From the NCBI GenBank assembly GCA_016295145.1, contig JAEDLR010000001.1, positions 15,753 through 79,752 of the forward strand: 64,000 nt of DNA, given 5' to 3'. Origin of the DNA: Oscillospiraceae bacterium (GTDB lineage Bacteria; Bacillota; Clostridia; Oscillospirales; Ruminococcaceae). The notes beneath the pieces were generated by a model. That model saw only the letters and a list, made by a program, of their open reading frames with translations, did no database searches and was not told the DNA's origin. A program made the position numbers and the translations under genes. Shown here one piece after another: positions 55,617 through 64,000 of this stretch. Positions within the stretch are counted from its first letter, which is position 1; every line of letters starts with the position of its first letter.

Positions 55617-56978
55617 ATGCCCAATTCCAACCAGACATTTCGCATATGTAACTTCTGCGGTAAGGGCGAAAACCAGGTGATGACCCTGTTCTCCGCAGGA
55701 GAATCCAATATCTGCGACGAGTGTGTATGCTATTGTTATGAGATGATCTACGGCAGCGGTGCTGAGGTATCCCGTAAGCAGAAACGCCGCAGCGCAAAGA
55801 AAAAAGAATCCGAAGTGAAATTGCCCAAGCCAGCCGAGATCAAAAAGGTGCTGGATGAGTATGTTGTCGGGCAGGAGTCGGCAAAAATCGCACTGTCCGT
55901 TTCGGTATACAATCACTATAAGCGTATCTTCAGCCACGACGACGGTGACGATGTGGAGCTGCAAAAGAGCAATGTGCTGCTGATCGGCCCCACGGGTGTG
56001 GGCAAAACTTATCTGGCACAGACCCTTGCCAAAATCCTTGAGGTGCCCTTTGCCATCGCGGATGCAACCACTGTGACCGAGGCGGGCTATGTGGGTGATG
56101 ATGTGGAAAATGTGCTGCTGCGTCTGATTCAGGCGGCAAACTTCAATGTTGAGGCAGCCGAGCGCGGTATCATCTATATTGACGAAATTGATAAAATCGC
56201 AAGAAAATCCGAGAATACTTCGCTGACCCGTGATGTCAGCGGCGAGGGCGTGCAGCAATCGCTGCTGAAGATCATTGAGGGCACTGTATCCAATGTGCCC
56301 CCCCAGGGCGGCAGAAAGCACCCCAATCAGGAGTTCATTCAGATTAACACGAAGAATATCCTGTTCATTTGCGGCGGCGCATTTGACGGTCTGGAGCGCC
56401 ATATCATCAACCGCACACAGTCATCGGGGCTGGGCTTCGGTGCGCAGATCGTTTCCAAAAAGGAGCAACATACCAATATCTTCCGTAAGGTCATTCCGCA
56501 GGATCTGGTCAAGTTTGGCATGGTGCCTGAACTGGTGGGCAGATTGCCCATCATCACCGCGCTGGATGAGATGGATGAGGAATCGCTGACGCGCATTTTG
56601 ACCGAGCCGAAAAATGCTCTGCTCAAGCAGTATGCCAAGCTGTTTCACTACGATGGTATTCAGCTTGAGGTTGAGCCGGATGCGCTGAGCGAGATTGCAA
56701 AGCGTGCCATTGAGCAGAAAACAGGTGCCCGCGGTCTGCGCGCCATTTTGGAGGGCATCCTCATGCAGACGATGTTTGATGCACCCTCTGCAAACAATGT
56801 GGAAAAGGTGGTCGTTACCGCAGAGTGCGTGCGCAACCGTACCGCACCGCTGCTGGTGCAGCGACCCGAAGTGCCCGAACCGGAAATGCCCGAACCGGAA
56901 GCGTCAGAACCGGAAGTGCCGAAATCCGCAGCCGCAGAATCCGCAGCGGAGACTGAAGCAACGGAAGCCGCTTTGTGA
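55617..56978 (+). CDS. clpX: ATP-dependent Clp protease ATP-binding subunit ClpX
   Basis: N-terminal zinc-binding CxxC...CxxC, Walker [22 protein letters not shown], pore loop GYVG. Acidic/Pro-rich C-terminal tail. Confidence 0.95.
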   Translation: MPNSNQTFRICNFCGKGENQVMTLFSAGESNICDECVCYCYEMIYGSGAEVSRKQKRRSAKKKESEVKLPKPAEIKKVLDEYVVGQESAKIALSVSVYNHYKRIFSHDDGDDVELQKSNVLLIGPTGVGKTYLAQTLAKILEVPFAIADATTVTEAGYVGDDVENVLLRLIQAANFNVEAAERGIIYIDEIDKIARKSENTSLTRDVSGEGVQQSLLKIIEGTVSNVPPQGGRKHPNQEFIQINTKNILFICGGAFDGLERHIINRTQSSGLGFGAQIVSKKEQHTNIFRKVIPQDLVKFGMVPELVGRLPIITALDEMDEESLTRILTEPKNALLKQYAKLFHYDGIQLEVEPDALSEIAKRAIEQKTGARGLRAILEGILMQTMFDAPSANNVEKVVVTAECVRNRTAPLLVQRPEVPEPEMPEPEASEPEVPKSAAAESAAETEATEAAL

Positions 56979-56990
56979 CACAGCATATTG

Positions 56991-57028
56991 GCAATCTCCT
57001 GCCCATGCAGGGGATTGCTTTGCTTTTT
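56991..57028 (+). terminator. Terminator after clpX
   Basis: 12-bp stem GCAATCTCCTGC (56991-57002) / GCAGGGGATTGC (57007-57018), followed by TTTGCTTTTT. Confidence 0.75.
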
Positions 57029-57072
57029 GCGGAAAATGAGCGAAACGCACCGTATTCTGCCACATTTTGCAC

Positions 57073-57101
57073 TTGCAATTTTCACGGATTTCTTGTATAA
57101 T
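57073..57101 (+). promoter_or_regulatory. SigA promoter of lon
   Basis: TTGCAA (57073-57078), 17-nt spacer, TATAAT (57096-57101). Confidence 0.6.
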
Positions 57102-57184
57102 AGAACAACAGACAGATATGTCCTTTCGGCTGCGCACGGTGGGACAATGGATATCAATGCCGCGCAGGGCAGTCAGGAACAACT

Positions 57185-59674
57185 ATGAAAAACGAAGAAA
57201 AAAATACGCAGATGCCTGAACACGCCGAGGACAGAGTGTTTCCTGCCATCGCGCTGCGGGGTGTGGTTGCATTCCCGGGGCAGGTGCTGCATTTTGATGT
57301 CGCCCGTGAAATATCCAAAAAGGCAATTGATGCCGCACTGGCAGGGGACCGCATGATCTTCCTGGTGGCACAAAAGTATCTTGCCACCGAAAAGCCCGGC
57401 CGCAAGGAGTTGTATCGTGTCGGCGTGATTGCCGAGATCCGGCAGGTGCTGCGCAACGGCGAAGTTGCCCGCGTGCTGGTTGAGGGCGGCTACCGTGCAA
57501 AAATTCTGAATTTGGAAATGAGCGAAGGGGAATACCTGCAGGCGCAGTGTAAAAAAATGCCTGCGGTGCAGCGCGTGACAGCCGACGAGGTTGAAGTGGA
57601 CGCTATTATGCGCTCGCTGCGGGATGTGTTTGTGCGTTATGCGGGCTTTTTTCCCAAAATGCCGCGAGAACTGGTGGATACTGTTTGCACCAAGGAAACC
57701 CCTGCGGATTTGTTTGAGGCAGTGCTGTTCAATGTGCAGCTGGACTATAGCGACCGTCAGCAGTTGCTGGAGCAGAACAGTCTGTTTTTGCGCCTGACCA
57801 TGCTTTATGCCATGCTGTGCCGTGAAATCGAAGTGTTGGAGATCGAACGGGATATTCATATGCAGGTGCAGGAGAGCATGGATCGCAGCCAGCGGGAATA
57901 CTATTTGCGCGAGCAGATGCGTGTGATCTCTGCCGAATTGGGCGAAGAAGAGCCGGGCACTGAGGACCCCATGCAGTATACGCAACGGATTCTGGCATTG
58001 GGCTTGGATGAGGATATCACCGTAAAGCTTCTGCGAGAAACCGAGCGCCTGCAAAAAATGCCGCCTTCTTCTCAGGAGGCGTATGTCATCACCAATTATC
58101 TGGATACCGTTTTGGAGCTGCCCTGGAACAGCTTCACCAAAGAAAAACTGGATATTCACAAGGCTGCAGCACTGCTGGATAAGGAGCATTACGGCTTGAA
58201 GCGCGTCAAGGAGCGCGTGCTGGAAAGTCTGAGCATCCATGCCCTGAACCCTGAGGTCAAAGGGCAGATTCTCTGCCTGGTGGGTCCCCCCGGTGTGGGC
58301 AAAACATCCATCGGGCGTTCCATCGCCAAGGCAATGGGCAGAAACTATGTCCGCGTGTCCCTGGGCGGCGTGCGGGATGAATCCGATATCCGCGGCCACC
58401 GCAAAACCTATGTGGGAGCCATGCCCGGCCGTATTATGGATGCCATGCGGCAGGCAAAGAGCAAGAATCCGCTGATTCTGTTGGACGAGATCGACAAAAT
58501 GGGCAACGATTTTAAGGGCGATCCCTCTTCTGCCATGCTTGAGGTGCTTGACAGCGAGCAGAATCACGCATTCCGTGACCACTTCATCGAGTTGCCCTTT
58601 GACCTCTCCAATGTGATGTTCATTACCACTGCCAATACGCTGGATACCATTCCTGCGCCCCTGCGCGACCGTATGGAGATCATCGAACTGAACTCTTATA
58701 CCCGTATGGAGAAGTTCCATATCGCGAAATCGCACCTGCTGAAAAAACAGTTGAAGAAGCACGGCATTAAGGCATCTCAGATGCGCATTACCGATGCGGC
58801 GATTTTCGATTTGATCGACTACTACACCAAGGAGGCAGGCGTGCGTTCTCTGGAGCGACTGATTGCTTCCCTTTGCAGAAAATGTGCGCGCAGCATCGTC
58901 AGCGATGACACAAAGCGTGTGGTGTATACCCCCGAAACCCTGGAAACTGCACTGGGGCCGCACAAATTCCTGCCTGATTATCAGGAGCACGAGGACACTG
59001 TGGGCCTGGTCAACGGTCTGGCATGGACTGCTGCCGGCGGCGTGTTGATGCCCTTAGAAGTGCTGGCGCTGGAGGGCAAGGGTGAGGTGCAGTTGACAGG
59101 CTCTTTGGGCGATGTGATGAAAGAAAGCGCGAAGCTTGCCGTATCCTATGCCAGATATGTGGCAAAGGATTATGACATCCGGCCTGAGCTGTTTAAAACA
59201 AAGGATCTGCACATTCACGCCCCCGAGGGTGCTGTGCCGAAAGACGGTCCCAGTGCAGGCGTTACCATGATCACTGCGTTGGTTTCGGCACTGTCCGGCT
59301 GCCCTGTGCGCCATGATATCGCCATGACCGGTGAGATTACTTTGCACGGCAGGGTGCTGCCCATCGGCGGTCTGGTGGAAAAATCCATGGCTGCTTATAA
59401 GGCGGGGATGCGTACGGTCATTTACCCCAAGGCAAATGAGCCGGATCTGCAGGAGCTGGATGAAGCAGTGCGCGAGAGCATTCGCTTTGTGCCCGTAGAG
59501 CGGATTGAGCAAGTACTGGAGCTTGCTCTGGTGCAGCCTCAATATGATAACAAGCTGGAGCCGTTGCATAATACCGAGTTGCAGTCCATTGGTTTGCCGG
59601 CTGTTTCCGTGTGGGATGTGCCGCAACAATCCCGCAAGCAGAAAGTAAAAACAACGACGGAGAAAACACAGTGA
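57185..59674 (+). CDS. lon: ATP-dependent protease Lon (LonA type)
   Basis: N-terminal LON domain, Walker [17 protein letters not shown], protease domain with PKDGPSAGV (catalytic Ser) and the downstream Lys region. Confidence 0.95.
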   Translation: MKNEEKNTQMPEHAEDRVFPAIALRGVVAFPGQVLHFDVAREISKKAIDAALAGDRMIFLVAQKYLATEKPGRKELYRVGVIAEIRQVLRNGEVARVLVEGGYRAKILNLEMSEGEYLQAQCKKMPAVQRVTADEVEVDAIMRSLRDVFVRYAGFFPKMPRELVDTVCTKETPADLFEAVLFNVQLDYSDRQQLLEQNSLFLRLTMLYAMLCREIEVLEIERDIHMQVQESMDRSQREYYLREQMRVISAELGEEEPGTEDPMQYTQRILALGLDEDITVKLLRETERLQKMPPSSQEAYVITNYLDTVLELPWNSFTKEKLDIHKAAALLDKEHYGLKRVKERVLESLSIHALNPEVKGQILCLVGPPGVGKTSIGRSIAKAMGRNYVRVSLGGVRDESDIRGHRKTYVGAMPGRIMDAMRQAKSKNPLILLDEIDKMGNDFKGDPSSAMLEVLDSEQNHAFRDHFIELPFDLSNVMFITTANTLDTIPAPLRDRMEIIELNSYTRMEKFHIAKSHLLKKQLKKHGIKASQMRITDAAIFDLIDYYTKEAGVRSLERLIASLCRKCARSIVSDDTKRVVYTPETLETALGPHKFLPDYQEHEDTVGLVNGLAWTAAGGVLMPLEVLALEGKGEVQLTGSLGDVMKESAKLAVSYARYVAKDYDIRPELFKTKDLHIHAPEGAVPKDGPSAGVTMITALVSALSGCPVRHDIAMTGEITLHGRVLPIGGLVEKSMAAYKAGMRTVIYPKANEPDLQELDEAVRESIRFVPVERIEQVLELALVQPQYDNKLEPLHNTELQSIGLPAVSVWDVPQQSRKQKVKTTTEKTQ

Positions 59675-60276
59675 ACTGGAATATTGCAGAATTTTTATCT
59701 GCCTATGGTCTGTCATCGCAGCTACCAAAGGGCGAACAACCTGAGATCGCTTTTGCAGGGCGCTCCAATGTGGGTAAATCCACGCTGATCAATAAACTGT
59801 TCAACCGAAAAGGCTTGGCAAGAGTCAGCGCAGTGCCCGGCAAAACGGCAACCATCAACTTTTATCGGTGCGATACCGTCACTTTTGTGGATTTGCCCGG
59901 CTACGGCTACGCAAAAACTGCAAAATCCGAACTGCATCGTTGGCGTGACCTCATCAACGGCTACCTACAGGCGGAGCGCGACCTGCGTGCGGTGCTGTTG
60001 TTGATTGATATGCGGCACCCACCCACGAAAGACGATTTGCAGATGGTGGATTTTCTCATAGATACCGAGATGCCCTTTGCCATCGTGCTGACCAAGGCGG
60101 ACAAACTCAACCGCACTCAGCGCGAAAAGCGTCTGGCGGCATTGCCCGGTGAGATCCCGCAGTTTGATGAGATGAATGTGACCGTTTTTTCTGCAATGAC
60201 CGGTGAGGGTGTGCCCGAACTGCGTGCTCTGATCGAGGAGATCACTGTGGATACACCCGAGCAGGATGAAGTATGA
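59671..60276 (+). CDS. engB: Ribosome biogenesis GTP-binding protein YihA/YsxC (EngB)
   Basis: GRSNVGKSTLINKL, DLPGYGYA, TKADK. GTG 59671 overlaps the lon stop (GTGA). Confidence 0.9.
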   Translation: MNWNIAEFLSAYGLSSQLPKGEQPEIAFAGRSNVGKSTLINKLFNRKGLARVSAVPGKTATINFYRCDTVTFVDLPGYGYAKTAKSELHRWRDLINGYLQAERDLRAVLLLIDMRHPPTKDDLQMVDFLIDTEMPFAIVLTKADKLNRTQREKRLAALPGEIPQFDEMNVTVFSAMTGEGVPELRALIEEITVDTPEQDEV

Positions 60277-60284
60277 GCGCAAAA

Positions 60285-60320
60285 GTATCCTCTGCCAACT
60301 GGCGGAGGATATTGCTTTTA
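60285..60320 (+). terminator. Terminator after engB
   Basis: ATCCTCTGCC (60287-60296) pairs with GGCGGAGGAT (60301-60310), followed by ATTGCTTTT. Confidence 0.65.
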
Positions 60321-60372
60321 TGACCAATATTGCTTCATTGCATGGGGAATCTTGTGCGTTGGAAAAAACCAC

Positions 60373-60401
60373 TTGCATTTTGCCCCGTGATGTGATATAC
60401 T
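60373..60401 (+). promoter_or_regulatory. SigA promoter with extended -10 for the GH5 gene
   Basis: TTGCAT (60373-60378), 17-nt spacer ending TGA, TATACT (60396-60401). Confidence 0.55.
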
Positions 60402-60438
60402 AAATGTGCTTTTACAGCATAGAATATGGAGGAATACC

Positions 60439-61581
60439 ATGATGAGAACAAAACGGATCATTGCATTGCTGCTGGGCATGGCACTGACCGCATCCGCACT
60501 GACCGCTTGTAACCGCGGCAGCAGCAACGATATGGGAGAGATGTCCACCATGGAGATCGTGAAGGACATGGGCATGGGCATCAACCTTGGCAATACCTTG
60601 GAAGCCTGCGGCGATTGGATCAACAGCAGCAGCGTGACCAATTACGAAACCGCATGGGGCAGCCCTGTGATCACTGAGGATATGATAAAGGGCTACCGTG
60701 CAGCAGGATTCGGCGTGCTGCGTGTGCCTGTGGCGTGGTCGAATATGATGGCAGAGGATTACACCATTCACCCCGATTATATTGCAAGAGCCAAGGAAAT
60801 CGTGGATTGGGCACTGAATGCTGACCTGTATGTGATCTTGAATATTCACTACGACGGTGGCTGGTGGACAGAGTTTCCTACTGACAAGGAAAACTGTATG
60901 CATAAATATGTGCGCATCTGGGAGCAGCTTTCCGACGCGTTTGAGGAATACGATGAGCATCTGATGTTTGAATCTCTCAACGAAGAGGGCGGCTGGGACA
61001 GCCTCTGGAACCGCTACAGCGGTACACTGGAGGGAAAAGACGAATCCTTCGGGCTGCTCAATGAGATCAACCAGACCTTTGTGGATACTGTCCGTGATTC
61101 GGGTGGCAACAATGCGCAGCGTCACCTGCTGATCGCGGGCTACACCACCGATGTGGAACTGACTTGCGATGCCCTGTTCAAAATGCCAAAGGATCCTGCA
61201 AACCGCTGTGCCGTTTCGGTGCACTACTATACGCCCTCCACTTTCTGCATTCTGACCGAGGATGCAGTCTGGGGCAAGGCACGCACCGAATGGGGCAGCG
61301 AAAAGGATATCGCTGAGCTGAACAAATATATGGATATGCTGAAAACCAACTTTGTGGATAAGGGTTACCCTGTGATTATTGGCGAGTACGGCGTTGCTGC
61401 GGAGAACAAAACCCGTGAGATGATCAACCTCTATGTTACTTCCGTCTGCGAGGCAGCCTATACCCGCGATATGTGCCCCGTGCTGTGGTCTACCACGGGC
61501 AATTTCTATAACAGAGATACCTGCACTGTCTATGATACCGAACTGAACGAAGCCATGCGCGGGATCGTTGGGGCAGAATGA
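60439..61581 (+). CDS. Glycoside hydrolase family 5 endoglucanase-like enzyme, predicted lipoprotein, no dockerin
   Basis: Lipobox MMRTKRIIALLLGMALTASALTAC. GH5 blocks GINLGNTLEA, VRVPVAW, ILNIHYDGGWW and FESLNEE (acid/base Glu); nucleophile region IGEYG. ATG follows TGGAGGAA. Confidence 0.85.
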   Translation: MMRTKRIIALLLGMALTASALTACNRGSSNDMGEMSTMEIVKDMGMGINLGNTLEACGDWINSSSVTNYETAWGSPVITEDMIKGYRAAGFGVLRVPVAWSNMMAEDYTIHPDYIARAKEIVDWALNADLYVILNIHYDGGWWTEFPTDKENCMHKYVRIWEQLSDAFEEYDEHLMFESLNEEGGWDSLWNRYSGTLEGKDESFGLLNEINQTFVDTVRDSGGNNAQRHLLIAGYTTDVELTCDALFKMPKDPANRCAVSVHYYTPSTFCILTEDAVWGKARTEWGSEKDIAELNKYMDMLKTNFVDKGYPVIIGEYGVAAENKTREMINLYVTSVCEAAYTRDMCPVLWSTTGNFYNRDTCTVYDTELNEAMRGIVGAE

Positions 61582-61598
61582 TTTCCGCATCATAAAAC

Positions 61599-61638
61599 AA
61601 AAATTCCTCTTAACATGGTTGAGAGGAATTTTTTGTTT
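61599..61638 (+). terminator. Terminator after the GH5 gene
   Basis: AAAATTCCTCT (61600-61610) pairs with AGAGGAATTTT (61622-61632), followed by TTGTTT. Confidence 0.8.
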
Positions 61639-61892
61639 GCATTTTCGTATCATATGCATGCAGCAACATCATCGTAAATCAAATGGCAACGCGTTGATGA
61701 AAAAATGCGCAGCAACAGGAGTACATCGCATTTACCATTGCAAAATGTGCGCAATCGAACGCATTTGCCTTTCCATAACATACCACTGATAAACCGTGGT
61801 GCCTGCAGCATAATACTAGCACGGCAGCAAAAGCGATCGGGCACACAAGAGATGCACGGGCAGAAAATCCGCTGCCGCAAAGGAGAATGAAC

Positions 61893-62141
61893 ATGAAGGG
61901 TGAATTTACGCAAAAGGGCAAGGAAGCCATGGAGCGATTTAAGATGGAGTCCGCCAACGAGGTTGGCGTTACTCTGAAGCAGGGCTACAACGGTGATCTG
62001 ACCTCTCGTCAGGCCGGTTCGATCGGCGGTCAGATGGTCAACATGATGATGCCGCAACAACAATGGGAATTCAGCCGCAACAGTATGCGAAGCAAATGCC
62101 ACCGCATTACCATTCGGTATGAGGTGGCACTGGCGGTGTGA
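61893..62141 (+). CDS. Alpha/beta-type small acid-soluble spore protein with an atypical extended C-terminal tail
   Basis: The two SASP signature blocks are present: RFKMESANEVGV and DLTSRQAGSIGGQMV. ATG 61893 lies 7 nt after AAGGAG. The last ~30 residues (Trp/Cys/His-containing) look unlike SASPs. Confidence 0.7.
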   Translation: MKGEFTQKGKEAMERFKMESANEVGVTLKQGYNGDLTSRQAGSIGGQMVNMMMPQQQWEFSRNSMRSKCHRITIRYEVALAV

Positions 62142-62157
62142 TGGATCGGGCGGGCGG

Positions 62158-64000
62158 TCAGTCGCTTATTGCCGCAGTACCGCCCTCTTTTTCTGCATTG
62201 ATGCGGTCGATTTCCTCTTGGATCAACTGACCCAGTGCGGTTTCATCCACTTCGGTATTGTAGGATTCATGCTGTTGTGCCGCTACGGACTGATCTGCAA
62301 AAGCGTCAAAGATCTTCTGCTTTTCCTCCAGCAGCTTGGTGATCTTCTCATCAATGGAATTTTCACACAGCAGCCGATACACCAGCACATTTCTTGCCTG
62401 CCCCATACGGTAGGCTCTGGAGATAGCCTGATTCTCAATAGAGGGCTTCAACTGGGGTTCACAGATCACAACCACACTGGCAGATTGAATGTTCAGGCCT
62501 GTTCCGCCCGATTGGATCTGTGCCAGCAAAACGGAGCCGGCAGGGGCTTTTTCAAACGCATCAATAATCTCCTGGCGGCGATGGGGCGGCACCGAGCCGT
62601 TAATGGGGCCGTAAAACTGCACATCCCGCAGGCTCCCTGCGGTACGGATGGTATCCAGAAAGAAGGAAAACACCAGTATTTTCCGTTCTTCCGCTTCCGC
62701 CTCTCTGATCAGCTCATGCAGACGCTGTACTTTACAAGATTTCTCGGGATCTTCTGCATTCCATGATAATCTGCGTGCAGCGGCATAATTTTTGGAAAGA
62801 ACACTCCGTTCATAGATGTCCTTTTCCTCGGGAAACATGGTACACCATTCCTTGGTTTCGATCAGCTCGGGAAGCTCTGTCAGCACATCCTCACGTTTAC
62901 GCCGATAGTAAACAGGTGCCACACAATTGCGGAACTGCGGTGCATTGGACAGATATGTCATCCCCTGCACGGAAGCGGCAACATTCGGTTGCAGCACCTC
63001 GATCAGGGATACCATTTCTTCTACCCGATTTTCCAGGGCGGTACCTGTCATAAACAGCAGCCGCTCGGATTTTCCGCACAGAGATTTTACATTGATGCTG
63101 CGCCGTGCCTCCGGATTTTTGATGTAATGCGCTTCATCCACCGTGATCATATCCAGCCTGGTAATATCGTCTTCCTTGAAATAGGCTGTGGTTTCATAGG
63201 TTGTCACCGCAACACCGCCTGTTTTGCTCCACGAACGCAAGGCCTGCATTCTTCCTGCGCCATGTACCTTGGTCACACTAAGCTTGCTGTGTGTCTGGAT
63301 CTCACGGCACCAGTTGGTCACCACGCTGGCAGGGCATATTACCATAAAATGCGTCGCACCGGTATTCCGCAGTGAAACCATGGCAGCAATTGCCTGCACG
63401 GTTTTGCCAAGACCCATTTCATCGCCAAGCAGCACTTTCTTTTGGTGCAGAATGTACTTCACGCCCCATTCCTGATAGCGGCGCAGCTTGCAGTTTAAGC
63501 CATCGGGGAAAAAGGCTTCCTCCTGGATCTCCCGTGCCAGCTCCTCGGGCAGACCATACAGACCATCACCATTGCCCAAGGCACCGGGAACGATCTCATC
63601 CAGCACTGCGTAGTATTCTGCATTATGCTGTATGAAATCCTGCCATACTGCATCATCGGCAGGAGCCGTTTTGGATACCGAAAGCGCAAGATGCAGCTTG
63701 CTGACGGCTTCTGCATATTCCCCTTCCGCAGCAGATACTATGCTTTGGTAGGATTGCCGTACCTCCTCCTGCTGCTTAGGCAGATAAAACAGCCAAGGCA
63801 ATCCGTTGCCTACCGCATCTAGTACAGATTTGGCATAGGGCAGCTTTGCCTCATAGCTGCGGATGATGTCCTTTTGTTCACGGGCAGCCTGATTGCTCTG
63901 CAAATGGATACATATCGCCTTCAACAGCTCGGTTGCCGCTTTATTCCGATCATCGGCACTTAACTTGATCTTCACGCCATCCTGTATTTCCTTCAGAAAC
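62158..64000 (-). CDS. SNF2/RapA-family helicase-like ATPase; the 5' end probably lies beyond the window
   Basis: LRRYQEWGVKYIL, DEMGLGKTVQAI, DEAHYIKN, and C-terminal helicase motifs (LAQIQSGGTGLNIQSA, QAISRAYRMGQ). The frame stays open from the listed GTG (63975) to the window edge. Confidence 0.85.
   Translation of the reverse strand, partial: FLKEIQDGVKIKLSADDRNKAATELLKAICIHLQSNQAAREQKDIIRSYEAKLPYAKSVLDAVGNGLPWLFYLPKQQEEVRQSYQSIVSAAEGEYAEAVSKLHLALSVSKTAPADDAVWQDFIQHNAEYYAVLDEIVPGALGNGDGLYGLPEELAREIQEEAFFPDGLNCKLRRYQEWGVKYILHQKKVLLGDEMGLGKTVQAIAAMVSLRNTGATHFMVICPASVVTNWCREIQTHSKLSVTKVHGAGRMQALRSWSKTGGVAVTTYETTAYFKEDDITRLDMITVDEAHYIKNPEARRSINVKSLCGKSERLLFMTGTALENRVEEMVSLIEVLQPNVAASVQGMTYLSNAPQFRNCVAPVYYRRKREDVLTELPELIETKEWCTMFPEEKDIYERSVLSKNYAAARRLSWNAEDPEKSCKVQRLHELIREAEAEERKILVFSFFLDTIRTAGSLRDVQFYGPINGSVPPHRRQEIIDAFEKAPAGSVLLAQIQSGGTGLNIQSASVVVICEPQLKPSIENQAISRAYRMGQARNVLVYRLLCENSIDEKITKLLEEKQKIFDAFADQSVAAQQHESYNTEVDETALGQLIQEEIDRINAEKEGGTAAISD

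Noticed and set aside
54907-57184. Looked for CtsR operators (GGTCAAA direct repeats) and CIRCE (TTAGCACTC-N9-GAGTGCTAA) upstream of clpP, clpX and lon.
   Set aside because: No match was seen by eye in the tig-clpP, clpP-clpX or clpX-lon spacers.
57118-57219. 33-codon ORF in the lon 5' UTR that overlaps the lon start out of frame.
   Set aside because: It has no SD site upstream and arbitrary composition, so it is probably fortuitous.
1-64000. Scanned for CRISPR arrays, IS elements or transposases, integrases, prophage genes, toxin-antitoxin pairs and long direct or inverted repeats.
   Set aside because: No regularly spaced repeats and no transposase, integrase or phage-like translations were found in any frame. 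Intergenic regions are short and are explained by promoters, terminators and leaders.

Overview
Mostly core-genome window from a Gram-positive anaerobe (Clostridia). A dockerin-bearing GH11 xylanase points to a cellulosome-type Ruminococcus/Oscillospiraceae lineage; this is an inference from gene content, not a search result. I call about 55 protein genes, 2 tRNAs and one unlisted small ORF (59 aa). Promoters and terminators were read by eye. Strand blocks are + (1-10.7 kb), - (10.8-28.4 kb, interrupted by a + tRNA pair), + (28.5-62.1 kb) and - (62.2-64 kb). Conserved Firmicute syntenies are present: gdpP-rplI-dnaB, tilS-ftsH, rplS-lepB-rbgA-rnhB-yraN, tig-clpP-clpX-lon-engB, mltG-U32 peptidase, feoA-feoB, xylA-xylB. 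I saw no CRISPR array, transposase, integrase or prophage signature. The least ordinary locus is at 385-3810: a terminator-bounded single gene for a 1141-aa protein with no membrane anchor. It fuses a Clp/Hsp100-type AAA+ module, a receiver-like domain, an FtsH-type AAA+ module and an intact-looking M41 zinc protease. It sits between a YbjN-like gene and a patatin-like phospholipase. Second-tier items: two translationally coupled RimK-type ATP-grasp ligases after xylAB, with an orphan Shine-Dalgarno (SD) site and an 18-codon upstream ORF; a CotH-family lipoprotein; a long structured rplS leader; a short T-box-like tyrS leader; and an alpha/beta SASP with an aberrant C-terminal tail. All family assignments rest on motif recognition in the supplied translations. 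No database search, HMM, covariance model or folding calculation was run. Many ORF-track starts were trimmed to the first start codon with a plausible SD site.
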